From Naegleria gruberi (taxonomy: Eukaryota): a stretch of 64,000 bases of DNA. The position numbers were made by a program, and so were the translations under genes. Below, piece by piece: positions 1-9,828 of the stretch. The notes beneath the pieces are model-generated. The model saw nothing but the letters and a program-made list of their open reading frames with translations. It was not told the DNA's origin and ran no database searches. Location: the NCBI GenBank assembly GCA_000004985.1, contig GG738877.1. One strand, written 5' to 3'. Position 1 is the first letter of the stretch, and every line of letters starts with the position of its first letter.

Positions 1-931
1 TAACCCAAATACGATCTTGGTTATCCAATGAAATACCCCAAGGTTCTCTAAACTCAATATTAGATCCTAATTCACGAGAATTTCCCTTCTCTCCAAATAT
101 TTTCAATTGTTTCCCATCAAACGTATTCAAAATCTTGATTCGATTATTCCACTTATCACATACGAATAGAATATTTCCAAGTTTCTTATCATCATGTTCA
201 TTTCTGAAAGAATCATACTTATTGGAATAGCAAATGGCTATCATTTCAGGCCAATTATAGTTAAACTCATCAGTAAATCCTCTTCCACTATCTCCAGTTT
301 TTTTAGTGCCACTTATCCACAATGGTTGGATATTTGGTTTAGTTTCGTTACTCTTAAACAAGCTCTCCAAATCATATTTCTCAACTGTGTGTCTGGTAAA
401 TGAGACAATGAGGGCTTCACCACCTCTATATCCATCCTTTTCAATTGCAATATCACTAAATGAGCTATGCAATCTAATTCCCTTGATGAATTTTTTAGTA
501 TTAAAATCCAAAAACAACAATTGACCATCAGCTCCCACAATAATACATTGAAATTGATGTGAAATTGTAACACAATTTGGCATTCCTCCTTCAATTGGTC
601 CACTATAATGCCTTTCATACATTGCTTCTTCATCTAAATCAACTTGTCTTTCATCAAATTCTTCTTCTTCTTCTTCGTCTTCTTCTTCTTGTGCCTCTTC
701 ATCATCATCATCATCATCATTAGGAATTTCCAATCCCTTTCTATCCAATTTTATAACTTGTTTCAAATTAAATTTGTAGGAAAATGGAATTTCCTCCTTC
801 GGAGCTTGTTTCCCCAATTTTTGTTGTAATTGCACTTCGATGGTGGAATGTTGTGGAATATTGTCCAATGTGATGATTACTGGCGAGGAATTTTCAAGAT
901 CTTCTTGGTGTGTTGATGGATTCATCATCAT
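1..931 (-). CDS. NHL-repeat protein with central poly-Asp/Glu tract. The 5' part with the ATG is in the window; the 3' end runs off the window start (partial).
   Basis: I translated the minus strand by hand from the ATG triplet at 931..923. It stays open to position 1: MMMNPSTHQEDLENSSPVIITLDNIPQ...DDDDDDEEAQEEEDEEEEE...GPIEGGMPNCVTISHQFQCIIVGADGQLLFLDF...LGNILFVCDKWNNRIKILNTFDGKQLKIFGEKGNSRELGSNIEFREPWGISLDNQDRIWV. The C-terminal part matches the NHL repeat pattern (FxxPxGIxxD..GxIxVxDxxNxRIQVF). It is not in the ORF track because no stop falls inside the window. Confidence 0.55.
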   Translation of the reverse strand, partial: MMMNPSTHQEDLENSSPVIITLDNIPQHSTIEVQLQQKLGKQAPKEEIPFSYKFNLKQVIKLDRKGLEIPNDDDDDDEEAQEEEDEEEEEEFDERQVDLDEEAMYERHYSGPIEGGMPNCVTISHQFQCIIVGADGQLLFLDFNTKKFIKGIRLHSSFSDIAIEKDGYRGGEALIVSFTRHTVEKYDLESLFKSNETKPNIQPLWISGTKKTGDSGRGFTDEFNYNWPEMIAICYSNKYDSFRNEHDDKKLGNILFVCDKWNNRIKILNTFDGKQLKIFGEKGNSRELGSNIEFREPWGISLDNQDRIWV

Positions 932-1001
932 GGTTGTTCGATGTGTTTTCTCTCTATTTTTTTTTTAAGAAGAATCAAAGATGAATTTGAACTTTCAGAT
1001 A

Positions 1002-1050
1002 TCCACAACCACACAACCACAGATTCAGTGCATGGTTGTGTGGTTGTGGA
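1002..1050. promoter_or_regulatory. 18-bp perfect inverted repeat (TCCACAACCACACAACCA ... TGGTTGTGTGGTTGTGGA) with a 13-nt spacer, in the divergent promoter between the NHL gene and the ATPase gene.
   Basis: Read directly: 1002-1019 is the exact reverse complement of 1033-1050. It lies about 70 bp upstream of the minus-strand ATG at 931 and about 325 bp upstream of the plus-strand ATG at 1375. Confidence 0.6.
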
Positions 1051-1374
1051 ATGGAAATATATTTCACAATATTTCAATGTTGGTGGGATGAATCTCGGAG
1101 TGATTTCACATGGTGAAACTTAGAATTTTACATCATCACCATAATCATAACACTAATTGACTTATTCATCATTTAAATTTTCAGTAAAATCATCACCAAG
1201 TGCTGAATCTACACACAACAGCAATATTCCAGGTCGCCAATTTTAAAAACTCTATTTTTACGTTGGGAATTCACAAACAACAGCAACTTTAAATTTCCTT
1301 CATTTTCCATCATTTACACAACACAAAAAACATTACCACTACAACTACAACATCAGATTTTCATAATCATCATC

Positions 1375-2901
1375 ATGGTCAGTGCCTCAGAGGAACGACA
1401 GGAAATTCTTCTACAAGTCATTACACTCCGACAATTAGCCAAACATTCGAATAGTATTCACAAGGATGCCATCACTGCCTACATTGAAAAGGATCCACTC
1501 TACAAGCAATGCGAATCAATTATACTTGGCATGAATGGAAAGAGAACGATCTTTCAAATTATTCAAAAATTATCAGAAAATGATTTGAAATTCAATGAAA
1601 GTGAGGAATTTGAATTGATTAGAGATTTGAATCAAGTGGATGAAGAATTGTATCCAAAAAAGTTCTTTGAATTGACTAAACCATTGGATAGATTGTTTTC
1701 TCTTGAGGTTTATCAGTTGGCTGCACTTTCTTTGAAAATTGATTATAAGAAACCTAAAGAGTTTTTTGACTTGATGTTTGCCAAGCTAAATATTGAGCAA
1801 ATAGTAACCAATAAGAAGAAGAAGGTATTATTTACTAAATTGGATGAAGAGGAAAGTAAAAAGAAATTGGTTGTGATTGAGAATCAACTTGATGAATTAT
1901 TCGAAATATTTCCAATAGAATTTGCAGAGAGAGTGAAAGCCAAATGTGGTGAAAATTTGGATCAATTGGTTGAAATTGTAATGGATATTAAGAAACCCTT
2001 GAGACTCTACTATTATCAACAAGACGAAAAGGACGAAACTTGTACAATCGACTATCAAATTTTAAACTCAATTTGTCAAAATCTAATTTTTGGACAGGAT
2101 GACAGGGCTGGCATTAGTGGAACACTACATCGTGTCAGTAGAATTACATCCAGAATTGGAAACGTGATTGGCTTAACTATTCGAATAGGCAGAGCAGTTG
2201 TAGGAATTGGAGAACTTTTCAAAGATGTCACTAATTCGAATGAAAATATCCTACTGGTGGGTATTCCTAATTCTGGTAAAAGTACATTGATTAGAGATTT
2301 GAGTAGAGTTCTTTCAGAACAGAATCGAGTAGTGATAGTAGATACATCTTGTGAAATTGCAGGTTTGGGAGATGTGCCTCATTCTGCAACAGGAGATTCG
2401 AGAAGAATTCCTGTCAAAGATCCAAAAAATCAAAGAGTTGACATGTTGAGAGCTGTCCAAAATCATTCTCCACAAGTAATTGTCATTGATGAGATTAGTG
2501 ATTCTAAGGAGGTGCAAACATGTAGAACTATTTCTCAAAGGGGAGTCCGTTTGTGTGCCTCAGCTCATGGAACTTTGGAAAAACTTCTGGTCAACCCAGT
2601 GTTACGCGATTTATTGGGAGGAGTTGGTGATGTTACAGTCTCTGATGATTCAGCCAGACAAAAGGGAGGTCAAAAGATTATCAATCAAATGAAGGGCTCA
2701 CCAATTTTTGGAATAATAATCGAAGTTAAAAAGTCTCAAAATGGTGACACAGAGTGGATTATTTATAACAATGTAAAGGAAACTGTAAGGAGTATTTTGA
2801 ATGGACAGGATTTTAAGGGTATTAGGAGAAGTTTGAAAATTCCAAATGATTTGCTCTCAGTGCAGGACATAGTTACGGTTTTCCAACCAACCAATTTTTA
2901 A
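1375..2901 (+). CDS. P-loop ATPase of the SpoIIIAA / Ycf45 family.
   Basis: Walker A LLVGIPNSGKSTLIRDL. Family-typical motifs VIVDTSCEIAG (cf. DERSEIAG), RRIPV...RVDMLRAVQNHSPQVIVIDEI (Walker B) and CASAHG (cf. ATAHG). Starts on a real ATG. Confidence 0.6.
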   Translation: MVSASEERQEILLQVITLRQLAKHSNSIHKDAITAYIEKDPLYKQCESIILGMNGKRTIFQIIQKLSENDLKFNESEEFELIRDLNQVDEELYPKKFFELTKPLDRLFSLEVYQLAALSLKIDYKKPKEFFDLMFAKLNIEQIVTNKKKKVLFTKLDEEESKKKLVVIENQLDELFEIFPIEFAERVKAKCGENLDQLVEIVMDIKKPLRLYYYQQDEKDETCTIDYQILNSICQNLIFGQDDRAGISGTLHRVSRITSRIGNVIGLTIRIGRAVVGIGELFKDVTNSNENILLVGIPNSGKSTLIRDLSRVLSEQNRVVIVDTSCEIAGLGDVPHSATGDSRRIPVKDPKNQRVDMLRAVQNHSPQVIVIDEISDSKEVQTCRTISQRGVRLCASAHGTLEKLLVNPVLRDLLGGVGDVTVSDDSARQKGGQKIINQMKGSPIFGIIIEVKKSQNGDTEWIIYNNVKETVRSILNGQDFKGIRRSLKIPNDLLSVQDIVTVFQPTNF

Positions 2902-3091
2902 GTAATTTTCTTGATTTGGAAAGAGCAAATACTATGACTTAATTTTGAAACCTTGATATTTAAAGTAAAAAGTACTGAAATGGCCGCAGCCATTCAATTG
3001 ATTTATTGACTGTTATCTGACCCAAATGCAAAACCTATGTCTCAACCTGGTAAGCCAGCTCTTTTTGGAAAAGGTACAGAGCTTAACCAAT

Positions 3092-5255
3092 TTATGCAAT
3101 CTCCTCAACAATGGTGTTCTTGCGTGTTGCAGTATAAGCTTTTGAATCTGAAAATTTGTGAAAATGATGTTTTGACATGAAAATAATGAGAGCTTTTACA
3201 AACTTCGTATTGCTCACACTATCATTCATATCGCTCAACAACTTATTCTTCAAATCCGTAATAAGTTCTGATGTTGGCATATATTCTATTATTGGATAAA
3301 TATATTAAATATTAAATAATTAAATACAGCTACATACCTTTCCATTCAATTTTCTCAGTCTTGTTTTTAAATATTTTAAAACTAGTTGAACTATAATCAT
3401 CATATCCATTAAAAGATGTAACTTCAAGTATTACATTCAATATTTCATTACTTGTTGTTTTAAAATTGCATTCTGAATAAATTTTCATTTCATCTAAAAC
3501 TGGACTTGATATGGAAACTGAAAAACCCTTCCTATCATCATTTAATTGTTTCTTTTTCAAATGTTTTTCTGCTTTAGATTTAATATTGTAATCACTATTT
3601 TCAAATTTTACTAATTTTCCAGAATATTTCAAACAGAAATTTCTTAAATCAATTAAACTTTTCAAATGTTGACTACTATTGAAATGATATGATTGTAATG
3701 AAATTTCATTCACAAGCTTTTCCATATATGTAATTCCATCCAATTCATAACATGTATGACAATTTCTACGGATGGTATCATTAGAATTACTATCATTAGA
3801 ATTGCTATCGGAATTACTATTATTAGAATTATTTTTGGATAATAAATTAAAATTTAAATCGTGTAATTGTAAAAATTGTAAAATATCAACTATTGCATAT
3901 TCCTTTTCAGAAAAATTGGTAATGTGAATTTTGAACGAGCATGAACAAATCATTAAAAATTTAACAAAATCTTCCAAATTCCAATTTAGAGGAATATCCA
4001 ACAATGAAAATACATCATTCAATGCCTCCTTATCATGAATTACTTTATCTTGTTCATATGTGTCAGTTAATAACAAAGTTTCCATTCTTTTTTCTTTTCT
4101 AGCTGCCAAATAATAATAAACATGGCATGTATCATCTCCACTACATATTGTCTTGACATGATGTTGAAAGAATTCCATAAATCCATTTCCATCTTTTCTT
4201 TTTATAGATAATTTACAAACACTTCCTTGTGAATGATCCAATTTAACAGATGCCCAACTTGTAAATTTAACATTTCCATCCTTAAATAATTGTTTATAAT
4301 TGTTCAATATTTTTAAATTTTCATCATTGGATGATAAATAATCATTCATATCAATTGAATGAGTGGAATCATTTGACACTAATTGATTGTTTAATATATG
4401 TGCATTTAAATGGAGTATACATCCATTAATAAATTGCATAGTAGATGCAATTGTAGATTTTTTATCTAAATAACTGTTAATTATGTTTTTAAATAAAAGA
4501 TATATTTGAAATTGATATTTACGATACTGTAAATGACTATTATATCCAATGTAGAGTTCATTGGTAAAAGCTGCATGAACAAGTCTAAATGGTAATTGAT
4601 CACTATTTGGTAAATACATGAAAATATTGTGTAATACAATAGTATTCAACCAATTTGTAAAATGATAATTAGGATGTCGAATAATAATTAGTGAAGGAGT
4701 TACATTAGTATTGATAGATTGTGTTACATGTTTAGAATTATTCAATTTTCTCTTTTTCCTACGATGACGAATTTTCCTTTTCAAATCTTCATCATCAGAA
4801 CTTTCCTCTTCATCGGAATCCTCATCTTCCTCATCATCAGAATTATTACATTTACGAGCTTTCTTTTTATCCTCATTTTCCTCTTCCTCGTCTTCTTCCT
4901 CATCCTCTTCATCCTCATCTTCCTCTTCCTCGTCTTCTTCCTCCACTTCTTCCTCCTCTTCCTCATCACAATCACAATACAATTCTTTTCCAAATAATAA
5001 TGTATTTCTAATTTTTTGAACATCACCACGATCATAGTCATAGCTTTCGGAATCATAGCCATAGTTTTCGGAATCATAGTTTTCGAAATCCGAATAATCA
5101 TCTACACTATTTTCTTGCTCTTCCAATTCCTTTTCCAATAAATTTTGTAATTTGCTTTCTTCCCTTAATGGTGCACCATCTGTTTTGAAATGATCATACC
5201 AGCAAGAATCGCCAAATCGACAACAACCTGCTAACCAATACCAACAAACAACCAT
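3092..5255 (-). CDS. CCCH (C3H1) zinc-finger protein with a long poly-Glu/Asp tract. Proposed two exons: 3338..5255 and 3092..3285, intron 3286..3337.
   Basis: N-terminal CWYWLAGCCRFGDSCWYDH is a C-x7-C-x5-C-x3-H finger. The acidic tract is encoded by a GAA/GAG/GAT microsatellite (4780-4980). The track ORF 3330..5255 ends ...EWKGM*, where GTATGT directly overlaps the last codons. Splicing GTATGT...AATAG (52 nt) joins it in frame to track ORF 3092..3280, adding EYMPTSELITDL...EEIA. Confidence 0.5.
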
Positions 5256-5421
5256 TTTTTTTTAATTAGTATTATTTCTAAATTGACCTTTTTTTATTAT
5301 TAGAAAGAAATTTCCACTTGCTTTTGGAAGTCAAACTTCTAGAAATTTGAAGAAAGAATAAATTTAGCAGTTGTTTATTTCAGATAAAGTAATCTTTCAA
5401 CTTTATTCAAATTTAAATGAA

Positions 5422-6120
5422 TTAGTAAGTACGACATTGACTTTCTGGAGGACAACTATCTGGAATTGTGAAAAGTTTTGGATCTAATTGATAACTTGCT
5501 CCAGAAAATTGTACATTCTTTGAGAAACTTCCCTCAGGTTGAGTAATTGCTTGAACATAACTTGCAAAAACGCAACTTTGTTGATCAATAGGAAGTGTCC
5601 AATAATATTCGGTGCTGATATATCTATCGACTCCTCTTTGCATAATTGTCTCAGTTCCATATTTTTGTGCCTTATTAAAGCCAATATTTGATTCTTCCAA
5701 TAGTTTTCCAATAGTACAATAGTTATTGGACCAATTGTTCTGAGCAGTTTTCACACAGAAACATGTTTGTCCCCAAATAATAGTATAGGAATAAGTAAGT
5801 TGGCCATTTCTGTATGAAATTATAGTAGTATTTGGTGCAATATTGCTATTGGTCACATCTGTTCTTGCCTTTCCATTATCTAAATCATCATTGATGGTCC
5901 ATGTAGCAAAGTATGTGTTGGTTTCATTACCAGCAAAGCCTACTTGCATTGTACTTCCCTTCAAGGAGATTTTTCTTGGTAAACAGCAAGAAGTTGGGTA
6001 ATCCTTTTGGTTGACCATTGCTGGCAGTATAGAACGAGGATGTATGGCAGTAGAATAATTGACAATCAACAAGATTGCAAATAAACAAGCAGTGATGATC
6101 AATGCGTTGTGATGAGACAT
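5422..6120 (-). CDS. Secreted cysteine-containing protein of unknown family (N-terminal signal peptide).
   Basis: Real ATG, then the hydrophobic stretch HNALIITACLFAILLIVNYSTA, then a Cys-containing, Asn/Thr-rich ectodomain. No family recognised. Confidence 0.4.
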   Translation of the reverse strand: MSHHNALIITACLFAILLIVNYSTAIHPRSILPAMVNQKDYPTSCCLPRKISLKGSTMQVGFAGNETNTYFATWTINDDLDNGKARTDVTNSNIAPNTTIISYRNGQLTYSYTIIWGQTCFCVKTAQNNWSNNYCTIGKLLEESNIGFNKAQKYGTETIMQRGVDRYISTEYYWTLPIDQQSCVFASYVQAITQPEGSFSKNVQFSGASYQLDPKLFTIPDSCPPESQCRTY

Positions 6121-6416
6121 TTTTTTGTTGGGATTTTGATTTGATATTTAAATGTGGCGTAACTTTCTAGTATGATTCCAAGAACATGTTCTTCTCATCC
6201 ATTTCGAGTCTAATAACGGAACAATTTGTGAAATTTACAACTACTCGGAGTTGACTACAATCTTAAATTCAATGTTCAGCAGATGATCTTTATTTTCTTT
6301 TTTCATTCACTTCTTACAGGGTTAATGGTGTTGATTCTGAAGCTAAAAAGTTGATTAATGATTTCAAATTTTTTGTAATTTAAACAAGCGTCCACCTCAA
6401 AAGCAATATTATAAAA

Positions 6417-6533
6417 GACTACAGCACCACAGGTTCCCAAGTTGTCTCCAACCTCAGTACTGATGTGGCTCGACGATGCTTAACTTCTCAAATCGGACGG
6501 GATGGGTTCATTCATCGTGATATGGCCGTAGCC
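6417..6533 (-). rRNA. 5S rRNA gene, copy 1 (117 nt), dispersed.
   Basis: Reverse complement reads GGCUACGGCCAUAUCACGAUGAAUGAACCCAUCCCGUCCGAUUUGAGAAGUUAAGCAUCGUCGAGCCACAUCAGUACUGAGGUUGGAGACAACUUGGGAACCUGUGGUGCUGUAGUC followed by TTTT. Helix I ends pair (GGCUACGG / CUGUAGUC). The conserved CCCGUCCGAU and GGUGCUGUAG boxes are present. Confidence 0.8.
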
Positions 6534-6598
6534 ATTGATATCCTTAATTTACGATATTTAATCTATTAAGATGAGCTTTCTCGAACATAGAACGAACT

Positions 6599-7126
6599 AT
6601 GAACCAAGAAACGTTCATCACAAAATCAAAAAAAATGGGTCAAAAGCAAAGTATCTCTAAATGGACGATTGATGAACATACTTTGAGCATTGATGATGTT
6701 TGCAAAAAGTTCGATACTCAATTTAATAACTATAATCCGGATGAATCATTAGGCTTGAAGAGTCAAGTGGTTAATAAACGATCGGCACAGTTAAGTAGAA
6801 AGAGGAGAACAGTCATTGTATTTAGGGATGGTATTAAGAAAAATATTGATAGTGAAGAGTTGGTGGTGGGTGATATTGTGATGGTCAATAGTGGAGATAT
6901 TGTTCCAGCAGATTTGAGAATTTTGAGTATTAATGGTTTGAAGGTGGATAATTGCATAATAAGCGGAGAGAAGACGATATTGAATTGTACTGTTGATAAG
7001 ACACACGAAAATCCTTTCGAGACGTCCAATATTCTTTTCAAGGAGACAACCATTGTAGCTGGAAGTGGGTATGCAGTGGTCATTAAAATTGGTAGTGATA
7101 CATTAATTGAATCTTTGGCTCCATAA
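6599..7126 (+). pseudogene. 5' fragment (about 175 codons) of a P2-type cation ATPase (Na/K- or H/K-ATPase alpha-like). It covers the N-terminal and early actuator-domain region and is truncated before the TGES motif.
   Basis: EHTLSIDDVCKKFDT...NPDESLGLKSQVVNKRSAQ...VFRDG...VVGDIVMVNSGDIVPADLRIL...VDNCIISGE...GSGYAVVIKIGSDTLIESLAP is the typical N-terminus of P2 ATPases. It ends in TAA, with no coding continuation or usable splice donor downstream (7127-7613). Confidence 0.5.
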
Positions 7127-7230
7127 CAGAATGCTATTGAAATCATACACAAAAAACTGTTCTGATGCAAGGAATAGATAGGTTATTGAATTATTAATAT
7201 CATATGTTGGGGAGGTATTGTTTGGTGCTG

Positions 7231-7249
7231 GTTGACTAGAATTTAAAAA
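7231..7249 (+). repeat. 19-nt motif GTTGACTAGAATTTAAAAA, copy A, about 105 bp downstream of the ATPase-fragment stop.
   Basis: Exact 19/19 match to 9049..9067. A degenerate third copy AGTTGACTACAATCTTAAATT lies at 6249..6269. Confidence 0.6.
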
Positions 7250-7613
7250 CATTCCAATAATATTTTAGTGGGTTTACATTCTCTTACATCTAACCTAAGA
7301 TCATAGTATCCGCCTTAAGGCACTCCTTTCAGGGACAAAGCTTTGAAGAACTACAGTTTGAAGGATGATTAAGGGATGATTAAGCATAGTGTAAATCACA
7401 ATTAAAAGCTGGAGTATCAGATTTAATTTCCTTTTCAATCAACTTGAACCTTTTTCTTCACCTCTTTGATGTTTTCCACCACCTTCATGATGGAACAATT
7501 CAAACGTTTTTCCTTGCTTATCAATGATAAATTGGCGCCACTTTCCAAAGCCTTAAATTTTTAAAATTTTAAAAAAAACTCTCAAATTGAAACTCTAACT
7601 TTCTTCTTCAGTA

Positions 7614-8999
7614 ATGAACGCAAACCATTTCAATAGCCTTTTGAATAAGGTCGCAGAAGGGCATTTCAACAGAAAGATCACAGAATCAAAGGTTTTGAAA
7701 ACCTTTCTCTCTGTGATTAGAATGAAGATTAAGAATAATTTTGATTCACTTATCGGAAAGGAAGAGGAAAACGAAGAGATGGAAAGAATACTTCATTCCT
7801 TTTTAATTGATGAAATTGGTGATGTAAATAATATAATTTATACCCACTCGTTAATTATTAGATCAAAACATTCCATCACAAACGTTGAAGATTTCTTTAA
7901 ATTTCTAACAACAATTGGAAACAAGTACAACCTGTTGGAGTTATTGTTTTTAGATGATCTAGAGCATCAATGGGCTGAATACGATATGATTGTAAGCGAT
8001 TATGAAGAATCGATGAAAGCTTTTGTTAAAAGAAATTTGCCTTTCAATCCTTCATCAATAGAAACCGTTGTAAGGGATAACGAACAGTTTGATGTTTTCG
8101 AACAACTTGTTAATAGGTGGTTCCCAAATGCATCAAACAAGCTTTTGATTGATGGGTTGATTTATTCAATGATGTTTTACTTTAGTATTACCCCTTCCAG
8201 AAAAGATTTAGTTTTGCAAGTTGGAATTCTTCCTCAATTACCAAGTTTCTTTGACAAGTTTTTATTGCTAATGTGTTATTGCAAAAACTTTGAGATGATT
8301 CCATCTGAAAAGTTTAAATTTATCTTGAAGTTTATTATTGATAATAATCCATTCAACAATTTTTCTGACTTGATGAATAGCACCGATACAGTCATTCTGA
8401 CCAAGCTTTTTATTAAGCTAGGGATTGCTTTACATGAAAAAATGGACCAAACAAAACTAGAGGAATTAACTATGCAAATATCTACACTTTCCGAAAACCT
8501 AGAGAAAGAGTCAAGAAAGAATTTGATAACAAGAGAAGAGGTTCAATTAATTAGTATAAAATTGGCAGGGACTGAGGAAGAGTTAAGACTTACCAGAGAG
8601 AAGTTAGAAGAAGAATTACGACTTACCAAAGAGAAGTTACAATCACAAGAAGAAGAGTTAAGAGTTGCAAGAGAGAAATTATTTGAAGTAGAAACTGAAT
8701 TAGCATTGATGAATAATATTATGATTAACCCCAAAAATAGAGAACTGCAAAAGTTAGCCTCACAAATTGAAGCACTCACTCAAACAATATTCTCTCTTCT
8801 TTCACAACAAGACAGTTCACAAAAGGAATGTGCAAGAAAAAGTAAACAAATCGAAGAATTGGAAGGGTTCATCGTTGAAATTCAAGAGAAATATCATTTG
8901 GAAATGAAACAAAGAGCAGAGCAACCTGTTTGTGAATGCAGTTGCACATCCTGTGTTTCTTGTGTTCATAAGAGTAATACGAATATTTCAAACAATTAA
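7614..8999 (+). CDS. Hypothetical protein with a C-terminal coiled coil (EELRLTREKLEEELRLTKEKLQSQEEELRVAREKL) and a Cys-rich tail (CECSCTSCVSCVH).
   Basis: 461-aa ORF with a real ATG. Heptad-like E/L/R/K repeats. No family recognised. Confidence 0.45.
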   Translation: MNANHFNSLLNKVAEGHFNRKITESKVLKTFLSVIRMKIKNNFDSLIGKEEENEEMERILHSFLIDEIGDVNNIIYTHSLIIRSKHSITNVEDFFKFLTTIGNKYNLLELLFLDDLEHQWAEYDMIVSDYEESMKAFVKRNLPFNPSSIETVVRDNEQFDVFEQLVNRWFPNASNKLLIDGLIYSMMFYFSITPSRKDLVLQVGILPQLPSFFDKFLLLMCYCKNFEMIPSEKFKFILKFIIDNNPFNNFSDLMNSTDTVILTKLFIKLGIALHEKMDQTKLEELTMQISTLSENLEKESRKNLITREEVQLISIKLAGTEEELRLTREKLEEELRLTKEKLQSQEEELRVAREKLFEVETELALMNNIMINPKNRELQKLASQIEALTQTIFSLLSQQDSSQKECARKSKQIEELEGFIVEIQEKYHLEMKQRAEQPVCECSCTSCVSCVHKSNTNISNN

Positions 9000-9048
9000 A
9001 TAATAAACCAATATCCAACAGCCTTTAATTACAATGAAATTACCGAAG

Positions 9049-9067
9049 TTGACTAGAATTTAAAAAT
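9049..9067 (+). repeat. 19-nt motif GTTGACTAGAATTTAAAAA, copy B, about 50 bp downstream of the stop of gene 7614..8999.
   Basis: Identical to 7231..7249. Confidence 0.6.
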
Positions 9068-9183
9068 AGTTTATGATTTTCACTTAAAAACGAACTTCCA
9101 TCATCTATTTTTATTTTCAAAAAAAATTCAGCCACTTTCTCTGCTGAACTTAAAGAACAACAAAAACAATACAAAATTACAAA

Positions 9184-9741
9184 ATGGCAAGGTCGGAGAA
9201 GAATGGATCTGGATATTGGAGTGATGAATACAAACATTCAAAGAATAGACACGGATCATCACGTGGAAGCGTTAATAAAATAAAGAGAAAGAAGATGAGA
9301 GACGCAACAGCAAGTTTTGGACAAGGAGGGTTACAGAGCATCGATAGCATGCCAACGAGAACTTTTACACAACGATATTCATTGGATACTGTTTATAACT
9401 CTGAAACAACAGAATACAGACACGACAATGTCAAAAGATATAGAGAGAAAGTGGAAGAATTGGACGAAAAGAAGGAGCAACTGAAGCTGGAAAAATTGAG
9501 TGAAAAGTTTGAAGAATGGTCTGCTGGAAAAACTAACAGAACTGTGAGAAAGGCTTTGAAAAAGTCGAAACGTGAAGGATTGGAGCATCCTTTCGAAGAG
9601 GAATCTACTGATTCAGAAATTGAACGAGAAATTGAAAAATCTAGATCAAAACTGGTTGGTGCCAATCAGGAAGTTGTAAAATATTTGGAAACAGGAAGTG
9701 GTAAGTCTTTTCAATGGGAAAGGCATTATTCCACTAAATAA
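9184..9741 (+). CDS. Small basic K/R/E-rich hypothetical protein.
   Basis: 185-aa ORF with a real ATG. Charged low-complexity. Confidence 0.35.
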   Translation: MARSEKNGSGYWSDEYKHSKNRHGSSRGSVNKIKRKKMRDATASFGQGGLQSIDSMPTRTFTQRYSLDTVYNSETTEYRHDNVKRYREKVEELDEKKEQLKLEKLSEKFEEWSAGKTNRTVRKALKKSKREGLEHPFEEESTDSEIEREIEKSRSKLVGANQEVVKYLETGSGKSFQWERHYSTK

Positions 9742-9828
9742 ATTATTGAAATTTTGAAACTTTAAAATTATTAAATTATTATTATTATTACTATGTACAC
9801 ACTCTTCAAAATTGGGAGAGCAATCCTT

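Noticed and set aside
941-1123. 60-aa plus-strand ORF in the divergent promoter.
   Set aside because: It spans the 18-bp inverted repeat and has no coding features. It is a chance ORF.
4719-5101. Track ORFs 4719..4997 (+) and 4781..5101 (-) inside the CCCH gene.
   Set aside because: They are shadow or alternative-frame ORFs generated by the GAA/GAG/GAT (poly-Glu/Asp) microsatellite. They translate to poly-F/L or poly-K/R junk and lie wholly within a better-supported gene.
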